Positions 11,806-23,340 of a stretch of DNA of 64,000 nucleotides are shown here, piece after piece. The DNA is taken from assembly GCF_000696425.1 (NCBI RefSeq), contig NW_007726576.1, positions 538,522 to 602,521 on the forward strand. Direction: 5' to 3'. This stretch comes from Galeopterus variegatus. Lineage: Eukaryota. The translations under genes were made by a program, and so were the position numbers. The notes beneath the pieces were generated by a model, which was given only the letters and a program-made list of their open reading frames with translations, was not told the origin of the DNA and did not search any database. Within the stretch, counting starts at the first letter, position 1. Each line of letters begins with the position of its first letter.

Positions 11806-11993
11806 CTGTGGAGAGAGGACATGCCTGTGTCATTGCAGAAATGTAACTCCCCTTTCTCACGAAGAGGAGGGAAAAACACCCATTGGCCAAGACTGTTTCT
11901 CTTATTTGGCGATATTTTCAATTTATCAATTTACATGGTTAGAGTTATATAAAAAGAACATTATTCTGAGTGCTTATAATCTGATTTTAGGTC

Positions 11994-12120
11994 CTTTTTT
12001 TTGAGACCGGCTGCACCGCGCTCAGCCAGTGAGCGCCGGCCATCCCTATATAGGATCCGAACCCGCGGCAGGAGCGCTCCCAGCACCGCACTCTCCCGAG
12101 TGCGCCGCGGGCTCGGCCCT
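11994..12120 (-). mobile_element. t-SINE, CTATATAGGG-class (in last intron of MPHOSPH8)
   Basis: rc of GGGCCGAGCCCGCGGCGCACTCGGGAGAGTGCGGTGCTGGGAGCGCTCCTGCCGCGGGTTCGGATCCTATATAGGGATGGCCGGCGCTCACTGGCTGAGCGCGGTGCAGCCGGTCTCAAAAAAAAGG. Flanking TTAGGT repeats. Confidence 0.8.
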
Positions 12121-12214
12121 TAGGTTATTTTTAATAATTGCATTATTAGGCTATTTTAGTCCAGCTTTCATTCTCACAGAGGGATTGGTGACTGGCCTAA
12201 AGACATATGAGGGG

Positions 12215-12300
12215 GGCCTTCAAAAAGTTCATGGAAAGATTTATATTATCTTTTAATTCTATTTTTCTACAACCTTTTTGAAGTACCCTCGTACATGTGG
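12215..12300. repeat. copy 3 of the short palindromic interspersed element
   Basis: CCTTCAAAAAGTTCATGGAAAGATTTATATTATCTTTTAATTCTATTTTTCTACAACCTTTTTGAAGTACCCTCGTAC. Confidence 0.45.
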
Positions 12301-12571
12301 CAACTCAACTAGGTACTGTAGAGAGGTGTTCTCACTTTAAATGTAGTCCCTCTCAGCACATTATTTATGTCTAATGATTCATGTTAGATTTAGACAGATG
12401 AGTGCACCTGGTGTCTCTACTGTAGGGAGCGCTCGTCTCTAGGATGGGCACTCAAACTTCAGAGACCAGGGAACACAATGACATACTTGAAAAGTTTTTT
12501 TTCTAATGATGATAAAGTAATCTGGGTAACGATTTGAGTAGAAACACTAACTATGAGAAATGCATTTTCAC

Positions 12572-12618
12572 CTTAGCGGAGGGTGCTTCAGACAACCTTA
12601 TAAAGAGTTTATTCGGAC
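12572..12618 (-). CDS. MPHOSPH8: MPHOSPH8 exon 13 (47 nt)
   Basis: Acceptor CTGCTGCAG|GT (AG at 12620-12619). With the carried A this reads S PNKLFIRLSEAPSAK. Donor AAG|GTGAAA (GT at 12571-12570). Enters in phase 1, leaves in phase 0. Confidence 0.82.
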
Positions 12619-13430
12619 CTGCAGCAGGGCTGAACGAGTAAACGAAATGACTGTCCTAAAGTGGAAAGAGAAAAAAAATAAAGTCAGTATTTTTCAGATA
12701 AACTTCTACATTTAGAAACAAAGTTTTTAAAATAGAGACCAGAAATCTTGAAGACTCCACTGGTGGTAAGCAGTATGAGCAATACGCTGGAATTTATTTT
12801 ACTTTTTTTGATTTCTCCCTTGATTTATTAAAAAGATAAAAGTGACAAAAAACAATATCCACACATATCTTTGGGATGAGGATGCACCCAACCATATATA
12901 CAGCACAAGTGTTAAGAATGCCCATACCCCATTAATTTTGCTTAATTCAGCCCAAGGAAAGAATTTTGATGGCAGCAAAAGAATTATGTACAAAGATTCT
13001 TCGAGAGCATGTTCTATGATGTTAATGAAGAATTTATAGAGCCACCAATAGATTAATTACACATTAAAACTAAGGATAAATATAACCAATGTTGTACAGT
13101 ACTGGGGTATTAGAAACATGAAAATTTCCTACGCTTCTTCCTTAAGCAACATTTTTAATTATAATGGTAGAAAAAGGCATAATATTTTATATCAGGCTGT
13201 ATATACCATAAGAATTTATATGCAGAATAATTGATTATAAGACATTATGATAAGCCTAACATAAGAAAGAAATGAACTTAACATTTAGATTGACAAAATT
13301 TAGGATAATTTTACTTTATGATTATGGGTATTAACATCACTCTCAACAACTGGTTTACTGGATCATTTACTGAATGATCATATTTTATTAAGACAAAGGA
13401 ATTTAAAATTAAGTCATCTGAAGAATGTAC

Positions 13431-13592
13431 TTTTCAGTCCTGAATGAACTACAGAAGATCTTACCAGAAAAACAGGAAGTTGAAATTTATCATTTAAAAC
13501 TACGGCTTGTACACTACATGGTCCACAAAGCCGAGCAATAACTTCTTTACCCAGAAAGTTTGTGTGGAAAATGAACAGCAGGATGCCAGAGC
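13431..13592 (-). CDS. MPHOSPH8: MPHOSPH8 exon 12
   Basis: Acceptor TTATTCAG|GC (AG at 13594-13593). Translation G SGILLFIFHTNFLGKEVIARLCGPCSVQAVVLNDKFQLPVFLVRSSVVHSGLK plus A. Donor A|GTACAT (GT at 13430-13429). 162 nt. Phase and total CDS length (2580 nt) require this weaker donor; an in-frame consensus CTG|GTAAGA at 13464-13463 is read through. The 3' boundary is therefore less certain than for the other exons. Confidence 0.7.
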
Positions 13593-15133
13593 CTGAATAA
13601 AGGAAATGTGACAAGATAGCAACTTCAGACCCCCAAGGGAAGAATGCAGATGGCAGCAGGCCCCTGAGCTGGACCTGGGCGACCCCACCATCCTGCCCCC
13701 ACTGAGGCCTCTAATTGCAAAGTTTGTACATGTTACCCAGCATTTCTCAACCCACAGAACCCTTTTTAATTTTTGTCCAAGTAATCCCTACTGATAGCTC
13801 CTGGAATGGACTTTTAGTATGTGTTTTTTAAAGTTATTTTAGTTTTTTTATTAAAAAAAAAAGTCATGTTTAAATGTTGCTGCTGAATGTACATGCCGCC
13901 TGGGGGCCTGGGGGCAGACAGCTGAGAGCCCCTGCTGGTGCGCATGTGGGGAGACTGCACTCTGCAGAGCAGGGTCAGGAACATCTACCAGGATCTTATA
14001 TATGTGAGGATGACGAGGCACCTTTGTCTAGTAAGATTTCAGATTACTAATAAAAATTTCTGGTGGAGGCAGACACTGCTCACGTGCAGCACAGGTGTGG
14101 ATGTCGGCAGGTTCATGGGCTTGCCTTGAAGCCCATTCAGGTTCCTGTTCGCCAGGGCTCATGCCAGCAATGCATATGGTTCATGTGAACAGTCAAACCT
14201 ACAAACTGTAATTTTTCAGTGCCAAGTTCATTACACACAACTGGCTGGCTGCATTTTCTTTAAAAATTTTTTTGTTAATTTGTTTTTTTAATAAAACTGT
14301 CTATTGTAGGTATTTGACTTTAAAATCATATACTAAATTATTGTAAATTCTTAAATGTAAAAATATCAATTACTGCTTATGCAAGAATTACAATGCACAT
14401 GCAATATTTCCAAAGTAAAAAAAATATTGAGAACTAGTAGAAACTATATAATTCTAGCAAAGTGAAAAACTAATAATCATCCTAAAAGTCTTGAGTACTT
14501 TGTAAAGGATGTTCAGTGGAGCTGTAGAGCTTACTACGTATGACTCAGGGTGAACTGGAGGATAGTGTTGTGAATGTTTTCGGATGATGAGACAGCAGAA
14601 GACCTATGTGTCAGTAGTTGCTGCAACAATAAATATGTATTTTTTAAATGAGGGGTGAGAATTTCCAACAAAACAAGCCAGAGCCTGATTTTCCACCTTC
14701 AGGCAGAGAGAGTATCCTCTCCACTTGTCCATGCCTGAAAAGCAGCTGCTGAGCAGAGAGGCCAGGAAGCAGAACTGGCCCTTTCATCTCTTGCTTTTGA
14801 ACTTTACTATGGAGCTAAGATTAGTAGTAATAAATCCAGGGAAAAAAAGATTCCAGGGTTAGAATCTTGAAGCTAAGTTTTAATAAAACTCAACAAAAAC
14901 TGGTATAATTATTAAGACCTAATCTCTATACTTTCTGAACAAGTCCTGCAGAACCCTCAGTCACCTGGATGGCAGGCATCAATTGGGTCTACTCCTCAAA
15001 GCAGCTCTGCTGTTTACTATTTTACACAATGAAATTCCTTAAGGTTTTGTTCAAAGAAAGGGTTCTGTCCAAAACTCAGTATTTATAGTGTCACACTTCA
15101 AACTGAGAGGTTTGAAGGTGAGCATAGGCTTAC

Positions 15134-15288
15134 CTTCTGGTACATTCTGTGGGGGTTTATAATTGAATTCTGTTGAAAAATCTGGCCCCTCACAGAGTCG
15201 GTGACATGCTATTGGAAAAACTGGCTCAAGGAGAGCGAGACGAGCTTCAAAATAATCCTTTATTGTCTCTTCTGCTACTCTTGAAAGT
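15134..15288 (-). CDS. MPHOSPH8: MPHOSPH8 exon 11
   Basis: Acceptor CTATTAG|A (AG at 15290-15289). Translation T LSRVAEETIKDYFEARLALLEPVFPIACHRLCEGPDFSTEFNYKPPQNVPE plus G. Donor G|GTAAGCC (GT at 15133-15132). 155 nt. Confidence 0.9.
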
Positions 15289-16049
15289 CTAATAGAAAAG
15301 GATAGTAAGAACTGTTAATATTAATGTTGAAAAGCACCACGAGCCCAGAATTGATTATACTGTCCAACACCAGCGAGGCCTTCCCAGATAAACCTTTTTA
15401 AAAAGGAACTGCAGCTCTACCCTCGCCCTGCTCCCCTGCTCTGCTTTTCTTTAGCATTCAGCATCTAACACTGTCTTACTGTTTATCTCCTTTCATGGAA
15501 CCAAAGCTCCAAGAGGGCAAGTCTGTCCCCATATTGCCATCTCCGTATCCCCAGACGGTGCCTGGCACAAAGACTGTGCTTAATACATATTTGTCTAATC
15601 AAAGAATGAATGAAAAATCAGAAATGAGAACCCCTCAGTCCTGGGCAAACAAGGAAGGCTGGGCACCCTTCCTTGCTGGCTTCTAGGACTACCTGCAGCT
15701 GTGACTGGCACTGTGTGCAACAGGCCTGGCCCAGGAGGCCACAGAAGTGACTGGCTATGTGAGGCTCCCAGCAAAGGAGGGAAAAATTTTCCTTATTTTC
15801 TGCTTAGAATGAAGATCCTGTGCCAAGAACTGAAGAAGCCATGCTGCAGGCATGAAGGTGGAAGTCATCCCGAGTATGGTGGGTCAGGAGGAGGTAAGAG
15901 CCGCTGCAGCCCTCGCTACATGAAAATAACTCTTATCGAGTGAGCTGCTGTGTGTGGAGTTCTGATGTGTTGCCAAAGGAACTCTTAAGCGATGAAAACA
16001 TATTAATTTACTTGTGTTATGAAGTGTGAACTTGCACTAAAATACGATT

Positions 16050-16152
16050 TAGCTGGCCGGTTTGCTCAGTTGGTCAGAGTGTGGTGCTGATAACACCAAG
16101 GTCCAGGGTCTGGTACAGGTAAGCAAAAGAAAGAAAGAAAAAGAAAAAGAGA
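16050..16152 (+). mobile_element. t-SINE monomer
   Basis: AGCTGGCCGGTTTGCTCAGTTGGTCAGAGTGTGGTGCTGATAACACCAAGGTCCAGGGTCTGGTACAGG with an A-rich tail. Confidence 0.75.
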
Positions 16153-16534
16153 AACTTTGGATTCTGGGAGATAATGCCGTGTCAATGTAGTTTCAGTGAT
16201 TTCTTTAAAATGTACCAATCTGGTGTGGGATGTTGATAATGGGGGAGGCTGTATGTTGGGGCAGGGGGCATTTGGGAAATCTCTTATCTTCCAATTTTGC
16301 TGTAAACCTAAAACTGCTATAACAAATAAAAGTCTATTTAAAAAAAGAGATGATAAGAAAATACTCCTAGACATGCCAGCATTAAGTTTGAGATTTTCTA
16401 AGACTTCATAACTTGCAGAAAAATAATTCATATCCCACTTACTAAATTCATGACTACTCAGTTTTTTCCTGAGCAGTTGCACACAGGCTGTTCCAATTAC
16501 AGTGTGTCCAAATAAACAGATGTACCACACAAGG

Positions 16535-16600
16535 TACTTCAAAAAGTTCATAGAAAGATTAGCATTACCTTTTTGAAGTACCCTCATACTTTGTTGACTC
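16535..16600. repeat. copy 4 of the short palindromic interspersed element (internally shortened)
   Basis: GGTACTTCAAAAAGTTCATAGAAAGATTAGCATTACCTTTTTGAAGTACCCTCATAC. Confidence 0.45.
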
Positions 16601-16628
16601 AGCCACGGCACGTTCACTTTGTACTTAC

Positions 16629-16783
16629 GTCTCTAAGTGGCTTTTCAGCAAGTCATACACAAGCACATTGTTGCACTGCTTTGCAAAATGCAGTGCGTTA
16701 TTTTGGTGCTTCGACAAAATATTGCAGTCAGCTCCACATTCAATTACAAGTCGTACAATGTCTGAATTTCCTCTTTTACAGGC
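16629..16783 (-). CDS. MPHOSPH8: MPHOSPH8 exon 10 (ankyrin repeats)
   Basis: Acceptor GATGTAG|GCC (AG at 16785-16784). Translation ACKRGNSDIVRLVIECGADCNILSKHQNNALHFAKQCNNVLVYDLLKSHLE plus AC. Donor AC|GTAAGTAC (GT at 16628-16627). 155 nt. Confidence 0.92.
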
Positions 16784-17334
16784 CTACATCAGGAAAAAAG
16801 GCATAATAATTACTTCGCTGTAAACTGTGATAACTATCAAGTCCGTGCTGTTCCCTTTCTCTACACATGCCTGGGAGTTCTTTGTGAGGAGAGAGCAGAG
16901 AACAATGGAGAATGGGCAAGAACACCTGGACCAGGCCTCAGCTGGTAGGAATGCCATTGGGGCGTTCTTGACTCAGTGAACAGCACAGAAATCTGCGTGC
17001 TCCAGTTAAATTTCTTCATTGACTGAATATTTAGGGAACAGACAACTTTGAAAAGGACACTTCAGTCCCAAGACAGGACAAACACCAGACTCACTAAGTA
17101 AGCAGTTCTATGCTCTGCCATGAGCCAACACCTCAGCAGAGGCACAGGGCTCAGCATGCACGGCCTCACAGAGAGGTCAGTACTGCGAATCTCTAAGCAC
17201 TGCTGGGAATCAAAAATAACCCAGCAGCTGCTTTTAAGGGCTGGTGAAGCACAGATACAAATCTGAATTCACAAATCTAAGATGGGGCTGTGACATAGTC
17301 TAAATAAAGCCTATTTCAAGAGTAAGAAGACGTA

Positions 17335-17445
17335 TGTCCCAGGTTCTCTTCCTGTCCATCACTTACCAGTTGCATGACTTCAGCTAAGTCCTTTAATTCT
17401 TCTGGCTGTAGTTTCCACTTATCAAAAGGAAATAACGGCCCTTCT
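17335..17445 (+). repeat. MIR (mammalian-wide interspersed repeat) fragment
   Basis: CACTTACCAGTTGCATGACTTCAGCTAAGTCCTTTAATTCTTCTGGCTGTAGTTTCCACTTATCAAAAGGAAATAAC matches the MIR core ...CTTACCAGCTGTGTGACCTTGGGCAAGTCACTTAACCTCTCTGAGCCTCAGTTTCCTCATCTGTAAAATGGG. Confidence 0.5.
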
Positions 17446-19846
17446 GTCTCACCACCCTGAGGCTATTAAACAGTGGATGGCTGAGAAGCAGGGCCAGGTG
17501 TTCCTACAGATACAGGTCACCTGGCCTGTGCTACTCAGGCCCCGGGTTCCACAGAGCAGGGACCTACAGCATGCTCGCTCATCCCTGGGCAGATGCTCAC
17601 ACACTGCCCTTCAAAGGGTGCTTACCCATGGCTCTCCCAGGATAATCCTGCCCTCAAGGGGCATTACTGGTTGTTACACCGGGAAGCAGATGCTAGTGTA
17701 CCTGGTATAGAGGGCAGGGACACTGCTGAACACCCGGTGGTGCTGGACAGGCCACAGTGTGACAGTGAGGGCAAGAAGCCCCGTTGGAACGACTAGATCC
17801 CAACAATGATGTTCCAGGGCAGTTTCTTGTACCCTTGCGCTCCGGTAATGACCAATTTTACATACTTTCTCCCGAGATGAAAAGGCTTTTATTTTGTTTC
17901 AACTTCTGAAAATCTTTCCCGTTTATTTCTTCTAAACCTCAATAAAACTAATACAATACACAAAATCCTTAAAGCAATTAAAATACTGCTTTTCAGCAAC
18001 AAGTACCTAAATAAGTAAAACAAATTACAGATATCACTAGTCTTATCTAACTTAGACACTAGTTACACAAGCTCTGAGTCTCTTCTCAAGGAAGAAACGA
18101 CCCACTCCCCGAGCACCCTGGCTCCCTCCCAGGCCCCTCTGTGCCCGCTGTGACTTGACACAGACGCCTCCTGCCCCCAGCCCTTGCTTGCCCTTCTGAG
18201 CCACCGCCTCCCCTCATCTTTCTCCTGCTTCTCTTTCCCACGCAGGCTCCTTCCGTCCTTGGCCTTCCCTCTTTCTCGGCCTATGGCTAGAGTCACTGTA
18301 CCCTAGGCTGCCGACCCCCAGATCTGAGTCTCCAGTCCACACCCTCCCCTGAGCTCAACCCCCTAAGTGAGATGCCTCCCGAGCATTCCAGCTCAAAGGC
18401 CACATCTGCACAGCAGAGCACCCAGCTCCCTGCTCAACCTGCTGCTACTCCTTACCTTAGAAACAAGGCGACTGAGCATCAGCTTGGTCGCCACATTTTG
18501 TGAGTTCCACCACCTAAGAAGCCATTGAATCTACCCACTTCTTTCCCTCTGTCACCAATCTAGGCACGGATGACTATAATTTCACTCTATTTTAAGAGCC
18601 TCCCTACACATCTGCAAAGTGCCCTTCTCGCCAGTCCATCCCCCTACTGTACACTAAGGAACATTCAAACGAACCACCCTATAAGCTGATTCTTTGTCCA
18701 GCCTAACCTCTTGGTGGCTCCCAACTGCCCTCAGGACAAGCTCCCGGTTCCTTAGCATGCTGTAGAGAGTTTCTGTGCGCCCCCCTTACGCTCCAGAGGT
18801 AACAAGTGTCTGCTGTTCAGAACGCACCTGTAACTCCTCGCTGAGAGGATGCTCGGAGGTGCCACCTCTGCTCTGAACATGTGGCAATAGCAGAAGCACA
18901 TAAAGGACATTAAAAAAATTTTAAAGTACATTTTAAAGATTCAAAGCTCAGGCTTCTGAACAAAATATTTCCATGAACCAGAAATGAGACAGAAGCATAA
19001 AGCAGTGATGACGGCTTAGACCTGAGTTTGCAGGAATTTGCAGGTCTGGGCCCTCAGAGTGACAGGGAAGAAGGGAGGACCCAGCGCCAGGCCCACGCAG
19101 AGCTGGGCCGCGCCCCTTTGCTTACCCAGGACAGCGGCTGGCAGCAGGAATTGCAGACAAATCCCTGCTGGGGGCAGTGGCTTACATAAAGGTGCATCCT
19201 GGGGGGAAGGTGGGAAGACAGAGCCATGTTACCCCCCGCCCCCCGCCCCATTGCAGCCGAGTGTCTGGATCTGCTGCATCCTAACGGCATCTTGACCCAG
19301 GAACCTGGAACTGCCACAGAGGAATGGGTGGCAAGGCCAGGGCCCCACAAGACAAATGTGAAACTGCTCAACAGGGAGGGGAAATAACAGGGTGCTGGGG
19401 GGGGGGCCTCCAACAACCTTCTCCTCAAAATGTATCTGCAAACCACAATTCCACAACACACACAGAAGTCAGAGTCTAAGGAGACACACGCACCACCATG
19501 AAATGGTAATGAGCACACCAACAGCACTCCGAGGTCTCTGTCCCACTCCAGCTCTGCTGATGCCCCCCTGGCCCCCCACCCCCAAGTGCATGTCCTTTCA
19601 GGACACAGCTCGCCACCTGTTACATCCACTCTCGGACTGGCCCTAGGTGCCCACCCAAGCGCTCCTTGGGCCTTGCTGCCCTGCCTCCCTGGTCTGCGGG
19701 TCGCTGGAGTCCAAGGACCATCTTGGAGCCCAAGGACCATCTTGCCCCACGCTGTGCCCAGTCCCCAGCACGGGGCAGCAGTGGCAGTGCCAACATGAAC
19801 ACCTGCTGAGTGACTGAAGAGACAGGTGACCTGTGGGAGGGTTTAC

Positions 19847-19933
19847 CTTCATCAATGCAGTTTCACCATTGCTCTGCTGGACATTCACAAAAGCTCCTGC
19901 TTCCAAAAGAATAGCCACTGTTGTTAGAAAGTT
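19847..19933 (-). CDS. MPHOSPH8: MPHOSPH8 exon 9 (ankyrin repeats)
   Basis: Acceptor CACTAG|AAC (AG at 19935-19934). Translation NFLTTVAILLEAGAFVNVQQSNGETALMK (29 codons). Donor AAG|GTAAAC (GT at 19846-19845). Confidence 0.92.
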
Positions 19934-20541
19934 CTAGTGAAAAAAAAAAAAAAGCAAATTTAATTGCAAAACTTCTTTAAAAGTAAGATTTTTTAGATGT
20001 TTTGAAATTTTTAGTCATCAGGAAAAACAGCAGATTCTATCCCAGTGGGATGCTGGCCACAGTGTTCACTTGTCCTCACTATGAGGCCTGCGGGAGCCCC
20101 CATGCCCCCACATATATAGCCCCACACTGTTTTGTCTCCAACTGCCGCCTGAGGGTTAGCCACTGGTTTCTACATAAAAGCCTCTGCACATAAATCCTTT
20201 AAAAAGATGATACATGAGAACATTTTAATTAAATTATTAACCAAAAGGAATACTAAGTTCGGCTGGAAAAGATTTTTAGATTATATAAGGTTGAAATCAA
20301 TATTAGCACTTTAATCAGAGGCTCTATTTAATAGAAAGTACTTCCAACTAGATAAAGCACATTTTAAAAATTTGATTACAAAGTAATACTGATAAAATAA
20401 ATCCATTACATGTCATAAATCAACATTATAAAGTAATGTGGCCCATATGACTGTTACATTTCACTACAGAAGCGTCTTCTCTGAGTCCACCAGTGGGAAT
20501 TCCTGCGGGACTCTCACACTGCAGCACATGGAGTCACAAAC

Positions 20542-20682
20542 CTTCTCAGCGGCATGAATGAGGGCAGTGGTCCCGTTCTTCTGCCGACCGTTCACTTTTG
20601 CTCCTTTTGTGATGAGGAGCCGCAGGAGGTCATCCTGCCCACCTGCTGCAGCAAGCATCACTAGTGTCATCCCACTGGAATC
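20542..20682 (-). CDS. MPHOSPH8: MPHOSPH8 exon 8 (ankyrin repeats)
   Basis: Acceptor CAACAAAG|GAT (AG at 20684-20683). Translation DSSGMTLVMLAAAGGQDDLLRLLITKGAKVNGRQKNGTTALIHAAEK (47 codons). Donor AAG|GTTTGT (GT at 20541-20540). Ankyrin consensus G-TALxxAA present. Confidence 0.93.
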
Positions 20683-21896
20683 CTTTGTTGGTTTTGTTAA
20701 AGAAAAAACTTGTTAATCTTTATTTAATTAGAACAATTTTAGAGCTAAGTCTTTTTACCTAAGATGTTTCAATGTGAATCACTAAAGTGCACTGATTTAA
20801 GCATCTACTTAGTTTCTTCACTAAAATATCCTAATAATCAGAAACTAATAACCTTTAGAATTTTTTTTTCCACATATAAGGCTGCCACAGAATTTTACTT
20901 TCATGTATTAAATTCTAAAGGCACATCAACAGTTTGCTTTATATAACATGAACAGTGAATTATTTGGTGGCAGATGATCAAAGTCTCCATCTAGAAAATC
21001 CAAGGTGAGTAAGTTAAAAATGGTCAGACTAAGAGAATTTCATTAAGGAGATATCACACACACACACACACCTGTCCAATAGCAATAGCTATACCACATA
21101 CAAGCAATAACCCGTTAGTAAACAAAATGTACATGAAAAAAGACCCTCATGACCACAGTAAGATAACAAAATATTATAAAACATGTAGAAATACATCTAA
21201 AAGAAATGTGCAAAAAAGACCTACATGAAGAAAAATCCCAGGGAATTTGCTTAAGGGTGTAAATGGCGAGCTGAATGAATGTAGAGACTTTCCATGTTCT
21301 CTGATGAGAGACTCAAGGTGGAAACAAAAATGTCAATTCTCAGACAAATTAATCTATATATTTCATGTAATTTTAATCAAAATCCCAACAATTTTTTGAA
21401 CTATAATCCCAAAGGATTAAACCTAAAAAAAATTTACAACTAAAGCTAAAAAACATAAAAATCTTTTTGAAGCAAGACAAGATATCCAAAAGCCATAAAT
21501 AAAAAACACTGACAGACGTGACTACCTAGAAATAAAAATCCTCTAAGCAAAACAACACTCAAAACACATAACCTAAGATCTAGGAAAAAAGGGCTAATAT
21601 GCTTCCACATAAAAATCTACATCTGTCAGTATGAAGAATCTCTAGCAAACAGCAGAAAAATGGCACTTGCTATAAATGGGCAACCACTGAAGAAACAGAA
21701 ATGGCCACATGAAAACATGAGTCATTTTATACTCCTCAAAGCAGCAGAGAATAAACCACAGACAAAGCCAGATCGATCACAACCAGTCATTTTGGGGGGC
21801 TAGATTAAAGGGACTAAAATTGTACATTTATATAGTTCTACAATGTTGAAGTTTTATAAAGTGAACATTATTTTTGTAATTAAAAAAAAGAAAAGA

Positions 21897-21995
21897 GCTG
21901 GCTGGTTTAGCTCAGTTGGTTAGAGCGTGGTATTAATACCAAAGTCAAGGGGGATCCCTGCACCGGCCAGGCAGTCTACCCCACCCAATAAATAA
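21897..21995 (+). mobile_element. t-SINE monomer
   Basis: GCTGGCTGGTTTAGCTCAGTTGGTTAGAGCGTGGTATTAATACCAAAGTCAAGGGGGATCCCTGCACCGGCCAGGCAG with an AT-rich tail. Confidence 0.7.
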
Positions 21996-22095
21996 ATAAT
22001 TTTTTTAATTTAAAAAAAGAAAAAAATCAAATTGAATTCTTTTAGAAGAGCTACTTTCCACCTTCTTTTAATGAGATTTTTCAAAGATATTTTAC

Positions 22096-22184
22096 CTCTT
22101 GATCTAGGTTATATTCTTCATTCGAATTAAGTGCAACCTTTACTGTAATATAATCCCCATTTTTCACAGCATCCCTTAACACAT
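22096..22184 (-). CDS. MPHOSPH8: MPHOSPH8 exon 7 (start of ankyrin-repeat region)
   Basis: Acceptor ATTTTAG|AT (AG at 22186-22185). Translation N VLRDAVKNGDYITVKVALNSNEEYNLDQE. Donor GAG|GTAAAA (GT at 22095-22094). 89 nt, ends in phase 0. Confidence 0.92.
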
Positions 22185-22265
22185 CTAAAATGAAAAGAAA
22201 AGATAAATTAGGTTTTATATATCTAGATTTGTGAAAGAGATTTCTATAATTCCGAAACTACTCAC

Positions 22266-22391
22266 TACTGGGAACTGCATCTGCTGTAACAAAATTTTCA
22301 TCTTCTCCATCAAGGTGCTTTTGAAAATCTTCTAATTTCATCCATTCCAACTGCAAATCCATGCCCAGACTCAAAATCTGTTGTCTACCAT
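22266..22391 (-). CDS. MPHOSPH8: MPHOSPH8 exon 6
   Basis: Acceptor GTTCCAG|AT (AG at 22393-22392). Translation D GRQQILSLGMDLQLEWMKLEDFQKHLDGEDENFVTADAVPS plus A. Donor A|GTGAGTAG (GT at 22265-22264). 126 nt. Confidence 0.9.
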
Positions 22392-23189
22392 CTGGAACAC
22401 ACAAGAACCTTATCAACATGTTTTTCTGGAGTATTAAAAAAGTGCTGTTTATTAAATTTGTGGTGTCTTAAAATTGTACATATGCTTTTAACATGAGTCA
22501 TTATATAACTGAGTCTTTAATTGATAAAATTTGTGGTTTTCTTTGTGATTAAAAACTAGCCACATGCCATGGTGCTGCAAAGGCATAAAGATAAATAGGT
22601 AATCTATAACTGTAAAATGGTAAGAGATGAATTTTTAGTACAGGACAAAGTAGCTCGACAGAAGGAAAAATCACAGGGATTCAGTAAGAGGACTTGTAAT
22701 TCTAACACAACTTCTTTCTTTGGCCATTATTGGATATACACTGCATAGCTTCCAGCCACTTACACAGTCATTCTGAGTGTGTAAAGACGACCTGCATGTA
22801 AGTAGAAGTCACTGCCTGGTGATCTTTGCAGAATCAGCTCAGTTCCCTCCTTCCACAGCCTGGGCACACCCGCCATCACACCCTAGGGCAATGCGAGGGG
22901 GTGCCTTTACGCTGGGGGTGGAGGGTTCATCCCTTATTACTGCTGCAATCAATTACTGGGATGTCCGCATAGCTCATTTGGCAGTAATTCGAAATGGCAA
23001 TAGGCTATTTTTTAAAATGACAAACAAATATCTGATGGTAAGAGTTAAAGAATTTTCACCTAAAACCAATTTCTCAGACTACATAGATGTTAGACTGATA
23101 ACCTTGCCATAGAAATGAAGTTTGTAAATGATATGCAAATAAATGATCTTTTTCTAAAGCCCTCAACTCAAAGGCTCCTTGCTAACACA

Positions 23190-23340
23190 GAGCATGACAT
23201 CACAGAAACAGCACAGCCTCTGAGCTACACATCCTGGCTCTGTATCCCAGCTCCGTTAGCTGTGTGGCTTAGAGCAAGTCACACCAACTTCCTGTACCTC
23301 AATTTCTGAGTAACAGCAGTGGTAAGAGTAAAAGCAGGTA
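23190..23340 (+). repeat. MIR
   Basis: ...CCTGGCTCTGTATCCCAGCTCCGTTAGCTGTGTGGCTTAGAGCAAGTCACACCAACTTCCTGTACCTCAATTTCTGAGTAACAGCAGTGG matches the MIR core. Confidence 0.6.

Noticed and set aside
13464-13465. Using the consensus donor CTG|GTAAGA as the end of exon 12
   Set aside because: It leaves exon 13 and the terminal exon (both strongly matching the MPP8 C-terminus) out of frame. The downstream A|GTACAT donor restores frame and yields a CDS of exactly 2580 nt.
16066-16617. 183-aa minus-strand ORF
   Set aside because: Lies in MPHOSPH8 intron 10, is low-complexity, and its C-terminal part is a reverse-read t-SINE (16050-16152). No homology recognised.
19054-19740. 228-aa minus-strand ORF in a GC-rich block
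   Set aside because: Intronic (MPHOSPH8 intron 9), extreme Pro/Gly/Ala/Trp/Cys composition, no recognisable domain, overlapping ORFs on both strands. It is a composition artefact of GC-rich non-coding sequence.
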